Positions 38,794 through 52,391 are shown, counted from the stretch's first letter. The stretch is 64,000 nt of DNA from Octopus sinensis (GCF_006345805.1 NC_043018.1:2356001-2420000), one strand, 5' to 3'. The notes: a model not told the origin generated them from the letters alone. Translations and numbers: made by a program.

Positions 38794-38882
38794 ACTTCCG
38801 ACACATGTTTCGAAGATATGACTGGTATTATTCCATATGTATAAAATGGTGTAAAACAACGTAATCTTCTCTTCAGGGAAAT
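38794..38882 (-). ncRNA. Type I hammerhead ribozyme with a canonical core
   Basis: ATTTCC CTGAAGA GAAGAT-[46 nt]-ATCTTC GAA ACATGT GTC GGAAGT: all conserved core nucleotides, G10.1-C11.1 pair, GUC cleavage triplet. Confidence 0.75.
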
Positions 38883-39258
38883 GAGGAAATGATGAATGTG
38901 TATAGTGATTAACTGAACGCTATTAAGTTTCTTTTAAAAAACAGGTTAGAGGATATAACGTCAAAGGTAGCCTATAGAAAATGGAGGGGTGGAACTTTTA
39001 TATATATAGGAAGAATTTCCCTCCATCTGGTTTTTTTACTCTCTACAAAACGAAAAGTGGAACTGTCATTTTAACGAGATTTCTTCTTATTTATTTATCA
39101 CCCAACGACATACGTCTGCACAATCGGATATTACTGAACCAGTTTTTGTGTGTCCCACAAGAGGAGTCGATGCTAGACGTGTCGACAATAATTGTTGTGA
39201 TTAATAATATATTCTCCTATATTCCATCTTCTATCTTTCATTTGTTATTTATTGATAA

Positions 39259-39325
<67 letters not shown>

Positions 39326-39347
39326 CATCTATCTATCTATCTATCTG

Positions 39348-39391
<44 letters not shown>

Positions 39392-39514
39392 CATACATAC
39401 ATACATATATATATATATAATATATATATATATACATATATATATATACATATATATTCATATATGGAGGTATGTATGTGTACACACACACACATATATA
39501 TGTATATATATATG

Positions 39515-39577
<63 letters not shown>

Positions 39578-40151
39578 ATACATTTCTGAGTTGATAAAAT
39601 TGATTAACAGGTTGTAATTAAATTATTTTTCTATGATACATCAACATAAAATGGCGTACATGGAATATGAATCTATTTCAGCGCGTAATAACACTTTCGA
39701 CTGGTGGAAACCAAAACGAATATAAGAATGACACTATCCATCCATGGCTTCAAGGTTTCATTTTTTATTCCATTCTTTTACGTTTGTATCACATCACTTA
39801 AGATTTCGCACTAAATCTTCATACATAATGATGCCACATTTACGAAGACAACTTCGAAAGCTCTTCTTTTCGAATGTGAGATGAATGCGCCTGTTCACAC
39901 ATGCATAAACACATAAACGCATTCATCTATGCGTGCCCACCCACCCACACACGCTCAAACATAGGTACATATACGCGTAAACATACACATACACACGTAT
40001 ACACACAAGTATATATGTTGATCGAGTTATGCATAGATATCTCCCTTCTTAAGCACTCTTATACACACCCACACACACAAACACACACACACGCACACAT
40101 ATATATATATATTTGTACGTATATATGTATATCTATCTATCTATCTATCTA

Positions 40152-40224
<73 letters not shown>

Positions 40225-40233
40225 TGTGTATAT

Positions 40234-40436
40234 ATGTGACCTCGTGAGTACCGCGCCACGATTTTTTTCCTCTGTCTTCCCTTCTCGGGTTCTTCCTTCT
40301 CCTATGTTTCCGACGAAGAGGTCCGCTCGAAACGTAAACCCTCCTTCTTCCCTTCTTTCCTGAGCGTCCAATAATACTATATTGTTCCACGTCCTCGCGT
40401 TGCTGTGTTTTTTTTTGGGTTTCTGTTTGGATTAAC
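40234..40436 (+). mobile_element. ~205-bp hammerhead-bearing element, copy 2
   Basis: Reverse complement of copy 1. The HHR at 40306-40339 has a 1-nt deletion at the cleavage site. Confidence 0.85.
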
Positions 40437-40456
40437 TATATATATATATATATATA

Positions 40457-40498
<42 letters not shown>

Positions 40499-40501
<3 letters not shown>

Positions 40502-41130
40502 TCTCCCAGAACCACGCTAATAGCTTTGGAGTGAAAATTAGGATGATTCGAATTTCTCTGAATCTATTTTGATAAAACTTGTCCCTGCTGGCTCAACACC
40601 GTTTTTTATGTTTTCATTATTTTGTTAATGTCCTTTCATTTTTATTTCAGTTTTTTTCAGTTTGGGGGGTGAACTACGCTAATAGCCTTTGAATGGAAAT
40701 ATCCTATCTAGACATTTAATTTTCAGAAAATAATGGCTAATGATAGACAGTAAGAATACATTGCGTATATATTTAACAGAAAACTATAATAATATAACAT
40801 TATTTGACATAATGAATCATTTAGCCACAGGAGCGTCATTTCACGAATAATTTCAAAAACCCTGTCATGGAATCTGACAATTTCTTAATAGTAGCAAGTT
40901 GAACTGCTTCTGCTGCAGCTTTGATGGTCGCCCATAAAACATCTTTCGGCGTAAATTGGCGTCCGTCTGCATAAACGACTTGTTTAATTATGGACCAAAG
41001 ATTTCCCATAGGGTTGAAATCTGGAGATGCTAGATGCCATATCATCAGCCATTCAGCTCGTATGCCGTAAGACCCTAGGAATGCTTGTTTAGTTCTAGCA
41101 GAGTGGAAGGGAGCGTTGTCACGCATGAAT
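40499..41130 (-). mobile_element. Tc1-family 3' end with an IR/DR-type terminal repeat
   Basis: DNAPFHSA...WHLASPDFNPMGNLW (catalytic E replaced by G). Direct repeats acgctaatagc(c)tttg at ~40515 and ~40676; end TA|CACTCTCCC. Confidence 0.8.
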
Positions 41131-41559
41131 ACGAGATTTCTTAGAAGTACTGTCAGTACGTCATCTAGGATCCAAGATCTCCATTAGGAGTTCGCAATAC
41201 GCGGCTGCTGTCATTTGAAACTCTTCAGACACTCTGACTGGACTCACAAATCTGTCCCCTATGATACCTGCGACAACATGACTCCTCTATCCTGTTGTTC
41301 ACGTCGTTAACGTTGGTGACGAGCTTAAGTATGTTTTCCATTCAGAATTCGGAACCAATTGATCCCAGAATATACGCCTTCCTTACTTCTGTACTTCATA
41401 CAAGTGAAGCCTATTTCTGCTGTTTGTAACTTTCGCCGTGTATATTTTAATAGTGAGTAATTTGTGGTTTTAGAGAGACAGGTTTGGTTTATAACAGGTG
41501 TGGCTTTAGAGCGGTAGGTCTGTTTATAACAGGCGGTATTGTAATACCGGCCTGAATTT

Positions 41560-42372
41560 CGTTTATAAGTTACCTATGAAGGTGTAAACTTGCCAGTCGG
41601 CGGATATAGTACCCTAATCATCGCAGATCCTCCTCCATGTTTAACAGTTGGAAGAAGGCAGTCTGGGTCAAATGCTTCTGTTGGCTGTCTCCACACGTAT
41701 ACTCGGCCGGTGGTCGGAAGTAAGGTGAAGGATGAATCGTCCGAGAATTTAACATTCTTCTACCGCTCTATGGATCAATTCTGTAGGATTTTACTACACT
41801 TTAAACGCTTTGCAACGTTTGTTCTTGAAAGTAGTGGTTTTCTGATTGCAGCCATCCCGGGAAATCCGGCTTTGTGTAGCTCCCCGCGAACAGTTTTTTT
41901 TGTGGAAACTGGGCTCTCGAGGTGGTCATTAAGCTCTGCAGTAATTTTGGGAGCTGTACTTTTGTGATCGTTTCTAACAATTCGCTTAAGAGTCCGACGG
42001 TCCCGATCTGAAAGTTTTGTTTCTCTTCCAGAGTTTTGTTTGGACGACGACGTTTTTTTACTCTTTCTCAATCGCTGTCGTTACTTTCGGGACAGTACTT
42101 CTTGATACACCAAGCATTTCGGCTATTTTCGTTACGCTAGCGCCTGCCATACGGGTACCAGCAACTTGAGTTCTTAGAAAGTCCGATAGATGTGTCATTC
42201 TGGTGAATTTTAGTTACCTTACTCTGATGATATCTCAAAAGAAGCAGCAAAACATATTAAGCAACACTAAAGATTAATAAAAAAACATAAATATAAAAAG
42301 CTTCTGACGGTTTTATAGATAATTGAAAATTATGATGCTATGATGCAAGGTGTTTCCATTATTTTGTCCAAT
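41560..42372 (-). mobile_element. Tc1-family 5' half
   Basis: MTHLSDFLRTQ...SGRETKLSDRDRR...RKPLL...FSDDSSF..RVYVWR...TVKHGGGS. Truncated TIR ttggacaaaataatggaaacacc. Confidence 0.9.
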
Positions 42373-42413
42373 ATATATACATATATAATATATATAATAT
42401 ATATATATACATA

Positions 42414-42447
<34 letters not shown>

Positions 42448-42665
42448 TATATATATAATATATATATGTGTGTGTTATGTGTGTGTGTGTGTGAGCATAC
42501 ATGCATGCCATATATATTTATACATATATATACATACATATACATATATACATATATTATCTTATATACATATATACATAGATATATATATATATATACA
42601 TGCATACATTTATACACACATATATATGTGTATATAGGTATTATTTATATATATGTATATATATA

Positions 42666-42737
<72 letters not shown>

Positions 42738-42986
42738 TATTAGTGAATTGAAGAAATGGAGTTGAACGAATTGAACAGAAATCGTTTTAATGCATTCTAC
42801 ACGTGTTTCGAAAGCAATTCACTAATAATATTAAAATTCAATTATCCGCACCAACGCACGGTTGCAACACCATATGGTTGTACCTCCAACCGTGCTGTCG
42901 TCTTCTGCTGTGATTTTTGCTACCAAGGTATCGGTTAAACTTTTGTTTAATCTGCAACAAGATTATTCATCTTTCTATTTCACAAA

Positions 42987-43043
<57 letters not shown>

Positions 43044-43058
43044 GTATATATATAGATA

Positions 43059-43263
43059 GGTAATCCCAACAAAACCACAAAAAAAAACACAGCAACGCGA
43101 GGACGTGGAACAAATAAAGTATTATTGGACGCTCAGGAAAGAAGGGAAGAAGGAGGGTTTAACGTTTCGAGCGGAGCTCTTCGTCGGAAACATAGGAGAA
43201 GGAAAGATCCTGAGAAGGGAAGACAGAGGAAAACAATCGGTGGCGGTGCTCATGAGGTCACAT
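43059..43263 (-). mobile_element. ~205-bp hammerhead-bearing element, copy 3
   Basis: The HHR at 43157-43191 is identical to that of copy 1. Confidence 0.85.
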
Positions 43264-43274
43264 ATGTATACATA

Positions 43275-43765
43275 ATAATCAAGGAATTTGCAGTGTGGAG
43301 AGTTAGGTTGTCAGATGTGAAGGGTGATGTGGTCGCAGAAATTGTGTGTTCTGTTGCTTGTGCGGCATACTTCCAGACATAGGGTCTTCCAGCATCCCAC
43401 CCCACTCTTGACCCAGGGAGGCACTACCTCCTCCACGCACTTCATGTAGTCCTCTGTTCTGATTGTGAGCCCATATGAGAAGGCGAATGACGGCATAACG
43501 TCGATATCGCTAGGGATCACGCCAAACATCTTGATGTTGACTGGATGTTTGATTTTTATCACAATTGACACCCAGAGACTCCCAAATGTTTATATTGAAG
43601 TTTACGGTGCGAATGCCAAGCAATACAGCATGTCGCTTACATATTTCTGGCCGAGTGAATTGCATCATGGTGCTTTTTTTTTCTCACTGACAGTGCAAAA
43701 GTGACCCCAAAACAAACAATGTACATGTACGAAAAAAAAGTATAAAATGGTGACAGTTTACCCAT
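43275..43765 (-). mobile_element. Tc1/mariner (maT/DD37D-like) remnant
   Basis: KHPVNIKMFGVIPSD..VMPSF..CVEEVVPPW..NFCDHIT. TIR-like gatgcgatgggtaaactgtc next to TA. Confidence 0.7.
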
Positions 43766-43809
43766 CGCATCTTGTATATATGTATGTATGTGTGTATGTG
43801 TGTGTGTGT

Positions 43810-44051
43810 ATTCTTTTATTCTTTTATTCTTTTACTTGTTTTATTCATTTCACTGCGGCCATAATGGAGCACAACCTTGGAGGGTTTTAGTGGAATAAAT
43901 CAACCCTAGTACTTATTCTATCGGTTACTTTTGCCGAACTGCTAGTTCTCGTGACCTAAATACAACAACATCGGTTGTCAAGCGGCGCAGGGGGAACAAT
44001 CGCAGACACCAACGAGACCCAAAGACAAACACATACATACGTACATACATT

Positions 44052-44115
<64 letters not shown>

Positions 44116-44339
44116 AAGTTAATCCAAACAAGAAAACACACAAAAAACACAACAACGCGAGGACGTGGAACAAATAAAGTATTATTGGACGCTCAGGAAA
44201 GAAGGGAAGAAGGAGGGTTTAACGTTTCGAGTGGAGCTCTTCGTCGGAAACAAAGGAGAAGGAAAGATCCCGAGAAGGGAAGAGAGAGGAAAAAAATCGC
44301 CAGCGGTACTCACGAGGTCACATATTGAAATGTATGTAT

Positions 44340-44376
<37 letters not shown>

Positions 44377-44648
44377 CATACGTACATATTTATATGTATG
44401 TATATATATATATATATACATACATACGTACATATTTAATAATAAATATATAATATATAATATATATATATATATTATATATATAGATATATATGGATAT
44501 ATTATGTATATATCCTCAACGGGTTTCTTTTAGTTTCTGTCTACAACATCCACTCTCAAATCTTGGATCAACTTCGGGCGCCACGTAGTGAGACTTGGTC
44601 CATAACCATGTGGTTGGGAAGCAAGCTTCTCACCACATAACCACGCCT
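43810..44648 (-). mobile_element. SINE family I with the hammerhead element nested in its central microsatellite
   Basis: Tail and body at 43810-44030, head at 44515-44648, insert at 44118-44323. Confidence 0.75.
44118..44323 (-). mobile_element. ~205-bp hammerhead-bearing element, copy 4
   Basis: The HHR at 44217-44251 differs from copy 1 only in loop II. Confidence 0.85.
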
Positions 44649-45686
44649 TGATCGGGGTTGATGGGGGCATAATGTAGCTAGAAATATAATCCTGGTATAA
44701 AAGACCATATTAAGTGATCTTTTGAGCAGATTCTGAAAACCAGGGAGAGAGTATAGAGGAAGATATTTAGAGGAAATTAAATGACCGAAATAGTTATTGA
44801 TGGGGGTGTTTAAGTGTCAATATAAGGTAGCAGAGGAAACAGAGAGATTAATAATTAAATCAGAAATATTTTTCTGTGTTTCTTACCAATTTTGAATTGA
44901 TAGTTCTCCATCATTTCGCCCTGTTAATCCGTTAAATACCTGCACGGAATACAAAAATTTAGAACTTGTTATTTTACATGAAACGATTGACACTAATGAA
45001 GCAAATATATGCTATTTATAAAAGAACTGACGTCCAAATAGAAATATATCCAAATAAATACCAGTTTAATTTGCAGATTATATCCAACAGTCGTTTATAA
45101 ATTTGGAAATTTGTTATAAAATAATCTTTGAAGTAGAAAAGCTTTTAAACATGGACATAGAACAGAAAGGGAAAGCTTAATTACGCACAGATCACATAAA
45201 AATGAAAACACACACTCCAAAAAAAAATTAAATAACAAGCTAATTCTAGGTATGATAAAGTTAACGAGCCGAGGTGTTAAAGTCGGACAGAAAATATGTG
45301 TAAATATCATAGATTAAAATATTTAAATCATATCTTAAAATTCACTTACTTCTAATGTTAGGTTATTTGTGTTATATTTGACTTTAATAAGACAAATGTA
45401 CATTGTGTGAAGGTCGCCAGACGGAATAAGCTGGGGTAGTTATTGAAGTGCTCGTTTTAAATATGCGACAGCAGATATATTCCCAGTCGCCTATTGGGGT
45501 CAGTATATCGAAATATGTTCTAAGTATATATATATCCGTTTACCACAACTAGACGCTAAATTTCTCTTGGGCAAAAAATTACTCTAGGAAAATTTCGAAA
45601 TGAAATCGCGCAGAAAGTGTGGTGGTAGTTCGCATAAAGTGTAATGTTTTTTTTTCTTTTCTGAACGATTACTCCTAAGATACACT

Positions 45687-45747
<61 letters not shown>

Positions 45748-46397
45748 TAATATATATATATATATATATATATACTACATATATATATATACCTGCATAC
45801 ATAAGATAAACGTACGGGCGTTGTTGAAACGTCACAATTTACAGTTTATTCACCAGAAAATCACTTTAGAAACGTATAGTATTTCAACAAACCACACACA
45901 CACAAAATATACATCAGGGGTAAGCGAGCAGAAATTCCTCCTGAAAGGGGTTACGATAGCAGTACATTTTGTATTTCACCGTAGTTCTGGCTTGTCAATG
46001 CTGTGTATTCGTATCATATCGCGAACAAAATCGAAACTGCTGGACTGAAGCATATATATATACAGTGTTTAAGCCATTTGCCGATTTGCAATGGCGCCGC
46101 ATTTTTAGAATACATCCAGATTGTAAGAACTGAAAGGAAATAGGTGAAAGAAAGATGGAGTGAAATTAATTACCTTAGCCCAAAGAACACGGAAGATCAC
46201 ATTCATCATCTTATTTGGATACTGTTCTCGGATTTCGGTCATTGAATAGAGACTCATAACTCCTAATATAGAAAATCATTTGGGAGTCTAAACCACGGTC
46301 ATGATATTCAGATTGTCTACACAAAGCATCCTTATCGACCATTTCAGGATCATCTGCAGAATAACATTTGCCCCAATTGTTAGACGGCCCACTTTAA

Positions 46398-46772
46398 TCA
46401 AAAACCAAAATGTTGGGTGCAACTATTTACCGAACAAACCATTGTATCGGATTTCAAGTCAAAAAGGTTGGCGTTCGGTACTGACTTACTGCCACTACCT
46501 TCAATATACAAGATATTGAGTTTCTCTTCTTGGAAATCATTACCACCATCGTAAAATCCATAAGAATCGATACATTGACCATCAGAAATTACTTTGTATA
46601 ATATAGATCCACTCTGATTACAACGCTGGCCAGATTGTGTAAGAATGATTTCATTCAGAACAGTCATTGATGTATTACTGACGACCACAAGGAGAAAAAT
46701 ATTTAAAATAAAACCAGAAATAGCATAATATCTAAGAACGAAAGTTAAAATTATAGAGGGCGTTGCAGTCAT
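46398..46772 (-). CDS. Candidate secreted-protein ORF or pseudogene exon (124 aa), unidentified
   Basis: ATG start, hydrophobic N-terminal ~33 aa, four Cys, non-repetitive sequence. A protein-like continuation follows in another frame with stops. No family recognised. Confidence 0.35.
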   Translation of the reverse strand: MTATPSIILTFVLRYYAISGFILNIFLLVVVSNTSMTVLNEIILTQSGQRCNQSGSILYKVISDGQCIDSYGFYDGGNDFQEEKLNILYIEGSGSKSVPNANLFDLKSDTMVCSVNSCTQHFGF

Positions 46773-46865
46773 TTGTTTTACTCAACAAGGCAAAAATTAT
46801 ATACGAGAATACTGGGATGTTTTCCAATAATGTGTTCTGTAGAAATACCGATTATTACCATCAGT

Positions 46866-46944
46866 GGGTGGATTAGCTCACTCATGATAATGTCTGTGTA
46901 TGTTACGGTTCCTTGGGTACTGGGTTCAAGTCTCGACCTCGTCA
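46866..46944 (+). pseudogene. tRNA-derived remnant (SINE head or tRNA pseudogene)
   Basis: A-box-like ttagctca and B-box-like gggttcaagtc at tRNA-like spacing. The acceptor stem does not pair. Confidence 0.3.
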
Positions 46945-47217
46945 ACATTTAATCTCCAATAAAATGTAATTGAATAATTCGCGACTATTTTAATGTCTAA
47001 TGATTGTATCGACATGCAATGGAAAGCGTTATACAGGAGAGTGCTTGGCATAGCTAAATCTATGCTTCCTACAAGAGAAGAAATTGTTTCTCCTCCGCCC
47101 CAACCTGATTTTACCATCTCCTGATACGTACACAGATTCCATATGTATGCATCCCTCATGATAAGTAAGGATGCACAGACAAAATACAATACAGTTTATT
47201 CATTATTGTTTAACATT

Positions 47218-47470
47218 TGTTGTGGCGAGAGTACAACACGCCATGATGAGAATACACAGGACCAGTACACATAAATAGTAGCGATATAAATAGTTAGTCG
47301 GCCGTTAGCTTGGTCTTCGAAGTCCAGGTACAGTTAACAGTTCGAGTTAGTGTGTCGGAAATTCTTGATTGTTGGTTCGTTGCGTGTTTTTTACTGCCGC
47401 TGTTTCAATTTTGTATTGTTACACGATATCAACCGTACAACAATAATGGAATCGTAATGATGTGACAACA
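47218..47470. mobile_element. Possible solo LTR
   Basis: TGTTGT...ACAACA ends and an internal TATAAATA. No TSD found. Confidence 0.3.
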
Positions 47471-48239
47471 TTACTATTAATATTTCTGTATACTCACACA
47501 CACACGCGCTCGCTCGCGCCTGTGTAGACGTGAGAGTCAGCATGAATACTCTCGGGGCGCGACAATGTTGTTGGTCACGTTTGTACTCTTAACGTTAATC
47601 ATATTAAACCATCAACGCTGCGTATTCGCACGGAGTGCTTTGCGCTCTGGGAAGGGCTATAAAGTAAAACAAAGAGCCAAAGAATTTTTTTTTAAATATC
47701 AAGGGTCCATATTTAATATTTATTTATTAGATCTGTTACATATGTTCCATTATCCTTTAACCCATAATTTCACAATACAAATGCAATCCTTAGATGCACA
47801 ATATAAGTGCAGTTATTAGAAACACATAAATTTAAGGACATTATACGGAGTACAAGACACAAGCAACATATTCACCTCCATCAGACTAAGCGAAACAGAG
47901 TTGTCTGCATTTTTAGCCAATTAAAAGTTGTTGTTTTTTTTCTTTCAGATAACAGCTTTTGATCTCCACGCCATTAACATAAACAAAATAAAAAGAAAAT
48001 TAATATTAAAACAGAAAGAAACGAAATAGGAAAAGTAAGGCGTTATGCCATTTATAAGTGAATGCAATAAAACAGAAGCTAAATGCAAACACACAAACCC
48101 AAAACACTTACACACACAAACACACATACACACACAAACACGAATGCATATATATTCATATATACGAATATGTATATAAGTACATAACAGTCCATAACCA
48201 TATGTATATTTATGTACATACATATACAAGTATATATAT

Positions 48240-48287
<48 letters not shown>

Positions 48288-49197
48288 GTGTGGGGGGGTG
48301 CATAGATATATATATATATGAGTGCATATATATATATGTACACACACACATATATATATTTATTTATATACATATACATACATAATTTTCGTATGAATAC
48401 ATCTATATGGTAATACGCATGCCACTTCAAAAACTAATTATTTCAATCAGAATTGACAAGATCTTCAAGATCTTATTTATAATTGCATTCAAAAGAACTG
48501 GCGTCTAGAATATAGCAAAAGCATTTTAACGCTTATCTTTTAACACCGGATTTCATTTAAGATAATTAACAAGTTGCAACTAAGAGTCTTTGAAACTGCT
48601 TCTATTGACGAAGTAGAGATTTAAAAAGAGTACTATAACTTATTAATCCGCCATTTGAGTAAAGTAAATACATGCATTCGTGTGCGTTTGTGTATGGAGC
48701 TATGAGTATACGCACAACTATATATATATATATGTTTCATTTTTGGATTTGGTTTGCAAGATTCTTTATATGAGTTCGTGTGTTGAAGCATATCTGTTGT
48801 GTCTGAGAAGAGTCATTTTCTTTTTGTGCCTTACAATATAACACACTCACCAGTAAAATGTCCACTTTTTTCTTATTTTTATTTTATGTTATTTTTATTT
48901 TGAGAGTCAAAACTATTGAAAAGGTTGCATGACGCAACGAAAATTTTAGGAAAATATAAATAAGAAAAAAGTGGAAGTTTTACCGGTGAGTGTGTTATAT
49001 TATAAGACACACAAAGAAAATGACTCTCCCCAGACACAAAAGTATATATATATATATAATATATATATATATATGTATGTATATATTTAATTACATGTCT
49101 GTTTGTTCGTGTATAATTATACAAAATATATAGTTACTTACACAATCAAACACACACTCACACACAAGTATATATATACATATATATATATATATAT

Positions 49198-49264
<67 letters not shown>

Positions 49265-49299
49265 CTAGGACGTACTGTTTTCATCGGTCACATGCTAAA

Positions 49300-49730
49300 A
49301 GGAATTTTCTCCTTTGGTTACGTAACCGAAGTTTAAGCTTGAGCACTTTGGTTTTCTATATTCTGAAAGGATCTCTTCGGACCAAACGTGAAGGCCAAAG
49401 AATGTATTATAGTTGCACGAAAACGATGGACGTCCACATAAGTCTACCCACCACACCCTTGAAACCATCGAGAGTTCAGGTTTGGTGTTGCTAGAAAACC
49501 CTGCATAGAGTGCAGACCTGTGCCCCTTTGAAGGATCAGAGCTTTGAAATTAATCAAAAATCATTGACAAGTTCGTCAATTTTCTTACGGATAAGGAAAC
49601 GTAGGGAGAGGTGCATAAATGGCAGCTCGAAAAACATAATTGGACAATAGGATAAGAGTGGTTGTGAACTGTTGGATGAAGTACATCAGAAACCAAGGAG
49701 ACTATGTCGAAACATGATACAACAGTTCCA
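49300..49730 (+). mobile_element. Mariner 3' remnant, highly decayed
   Basis: LHENDGRPH..(Y)SADL..QGDYVE motifs with stops and frameshifts. Confidence 0.6.
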
Positions 49731-50199
49731 ACACTACTTTCGTCTTAAATGAAGAGTGGGAATAAGTTTTGACTGACCCTAGAAAATACTTATGAATATC
49801 TATATAATTATGTATATATATATATATATATATATATACGTGTGTATGTATGACTTTGTGTTTGTATCTGCAAGCGTAATTGCACATTAAGAAAAATCTC
49901 GCACTTATGAATACTCTGTGTATGTGTACATATATATATATACATATCAATATATATTCACGTATAGATCCATATATGTAAGTGTGTATGTATATGGATA
50001 AATATATATATTTATAAAGTACACACACACATATACATACATACATACACTATTATCGATTCTGTTATTATTATATTTAAATTGTCACACTAGATAACAA
50101 CAGAGTCAATGATATCTTCGCAAATTATTTTTTCGTGAATTACTTGCTCCGTATTGAAATTACACACACACAAACACACACGCACACACATACACATAC

Positions 50200-50246
<47 letters not shown>

Positions 50247-50495
50247 CATATACACATGTATATTGGGAAGAGAAAGACGAAGCCAACTAATAGCTGTGTG
50301 TCTGTCTTAATCATTCATTAGGGATTTGCAGTGAATAGTAATTCCTTTTGGCTTAGACACTTTCTCTATTCTCTTGGTGTCGTGGCGAGAGAAAAACAAA
50401 ACGTCGCAGATGTGATAATATCCGTTCTTGCTTACAGATTCATTACAAATCATTTAAAACATAATCCTCACTACACCGGGTATCATAGGATTTAT

Positions 50496-50539
<44 letters not shown>

Positions 50540-50955
50540 CTAAGCAAACTAACACAGACGAAATTATTTTGTCGTTATCATTATAAAATTTCTGCAAACG
50601 TTGGTAAAATCTTTTAATTCATTTGGATTATTAGTACACGACGGTTAAATACAGAGATTAAAGAGTTTACAGTGACGCCATGGATGTTTTATTTGTGTTC
50701 TTTTTTTTTTTTAGTAAATACATAACTTTTGTTTTCGCTTACTGAAGAAAGAAAATAATGCGGCAGTATTACGTTTTCCTTTCTGTAACCAGAATATTGA
50801 TCAATATTTGGAAATTTAGCTTTTCTCACCGCATAAATCGACATTATATAATCCAATATCAGTTTTATCCATCCATCCACACACACGCATTCATACACAT
50901 ACACACACACACAAAAACACAAACACACACACATATATATATTCAAACGTATATA

Positions 50956-50989
<34 letters not shown>

Positions 50990-51081
50990 CATATATACAC
51001 ACGTATATAGACTATCTATCTATCTATCTATCTATCTCTCTGTCTATCTATCTATCTATCTATATGTATATATATATGTAT

Positions 51082-51114
<33 letters not shown>

Positions 51115-51969
51115 GTATGTATATGTATATGTATATGTATATATATATATGTATATATATATATGTATATATATATATATGTATATGTATATGTATATGT
51201 ATATATATATATATTATATATATATATATATAATATATATATATATAATAATACCGGAGTAAACACATAAATGTGAAACAAGGTGGAAAAAAGAGTACTC
51301 AAATACCAGTGGTAGAGTAATATGCTTTATTTTAAGCAGCAGAAAATTCAACAAAATCTGTTTCTCGTTGCCGTTCATCAGACAGTTTTTGCTAGAATGG
51401 AACTGATATATCAATTCAATCTATACTCTTACAAACGCTACACCTTTAAAAAGAAATGGACTTGTTTGATTGGCCCTTTAGAAAAAACGGTCAATCTTCG
51501 AGCGATAAACAAAAAGGTCAAAAATATATGTATATATATATATATAAAACTTATAAAAATTATAAAATCCGAGGAAAAAACCTTACATTGAATAAAATAC
51601 ATATTGGCGTTAATGAAGAAAGTGCAAATTAATGCATAGAAATTAAACCTGTTATAAATATTACACTGCAATTCATAATTATATTAAAATCTACATATAT
51701 ATATCAACATACACAAAATTATGCGTGCAAACGCCATACATATACAGACGTATGAATATAAATCTAAATATACACATAAAAGCATGTGTACATATATTCA
51801 CGCAAAACCATCTCGCACGCAAGTTAAAAGATCTATGTAGCGATTCTCATATACTGAGTAAGGGGGGAACGAAAGAAAGGGGGAGAGAGAAAAAGGAACG
51901 AAGGAGGTGTGGGGAAAAAAACGAAATAAGAAAAAATTATGTATACAAGCAGTGTAACGACATTATGGC

Positions 51970-52391
51970 AAATCTACACTATTCAGGTTAGCATCTATCG
52001 TAACCCGTAAGCCCATCCTTTGAAAGAAAGCTATGAGGTCCTTCCTAAGTCTATCTGATTCATGGCCGTTTAGATTATGCGTGGCTATAAGGCCGTCATC
52101 CCTATATAAACCTGCATCTATAAATGGGAATTCTATTTTTAGATTATGGAGAATAAAGGCTCCTATGAGCATACATAACTCAGCCCCGTCGTATGCCCCC
52201 ATCGGTACATCGAAAAGAGAATCCTCAGTCTTCTTAATCCAGGTGAAATCCTCGAAAAAAAGAAGCGATTTCCTCGCATGCATAATAATTTCAATTTCCG
52301 AGCTATCGATGTTGACATACTGCTTGGCGAAGTCCAATGCCCTTAGGAGCAACGTCCTAGATATTGACGGGTAAAAGTCAATAATGTCGAA
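51970..52391 (-). pseudogene. PLE reverse transcriptase core fragment
   Basis: FDIIDFYPSI...FDVPMGAYDGAELC...GLYRDDGL. Confidence 0.9.

Noticed and set aside
46926-47189. 87-aa minus-strand ORF and a 43-aa plus-strand frame that both look protein-like
   Set aside because: Neither has a recognisable family; both strands are equally plausible, so no call can be made.
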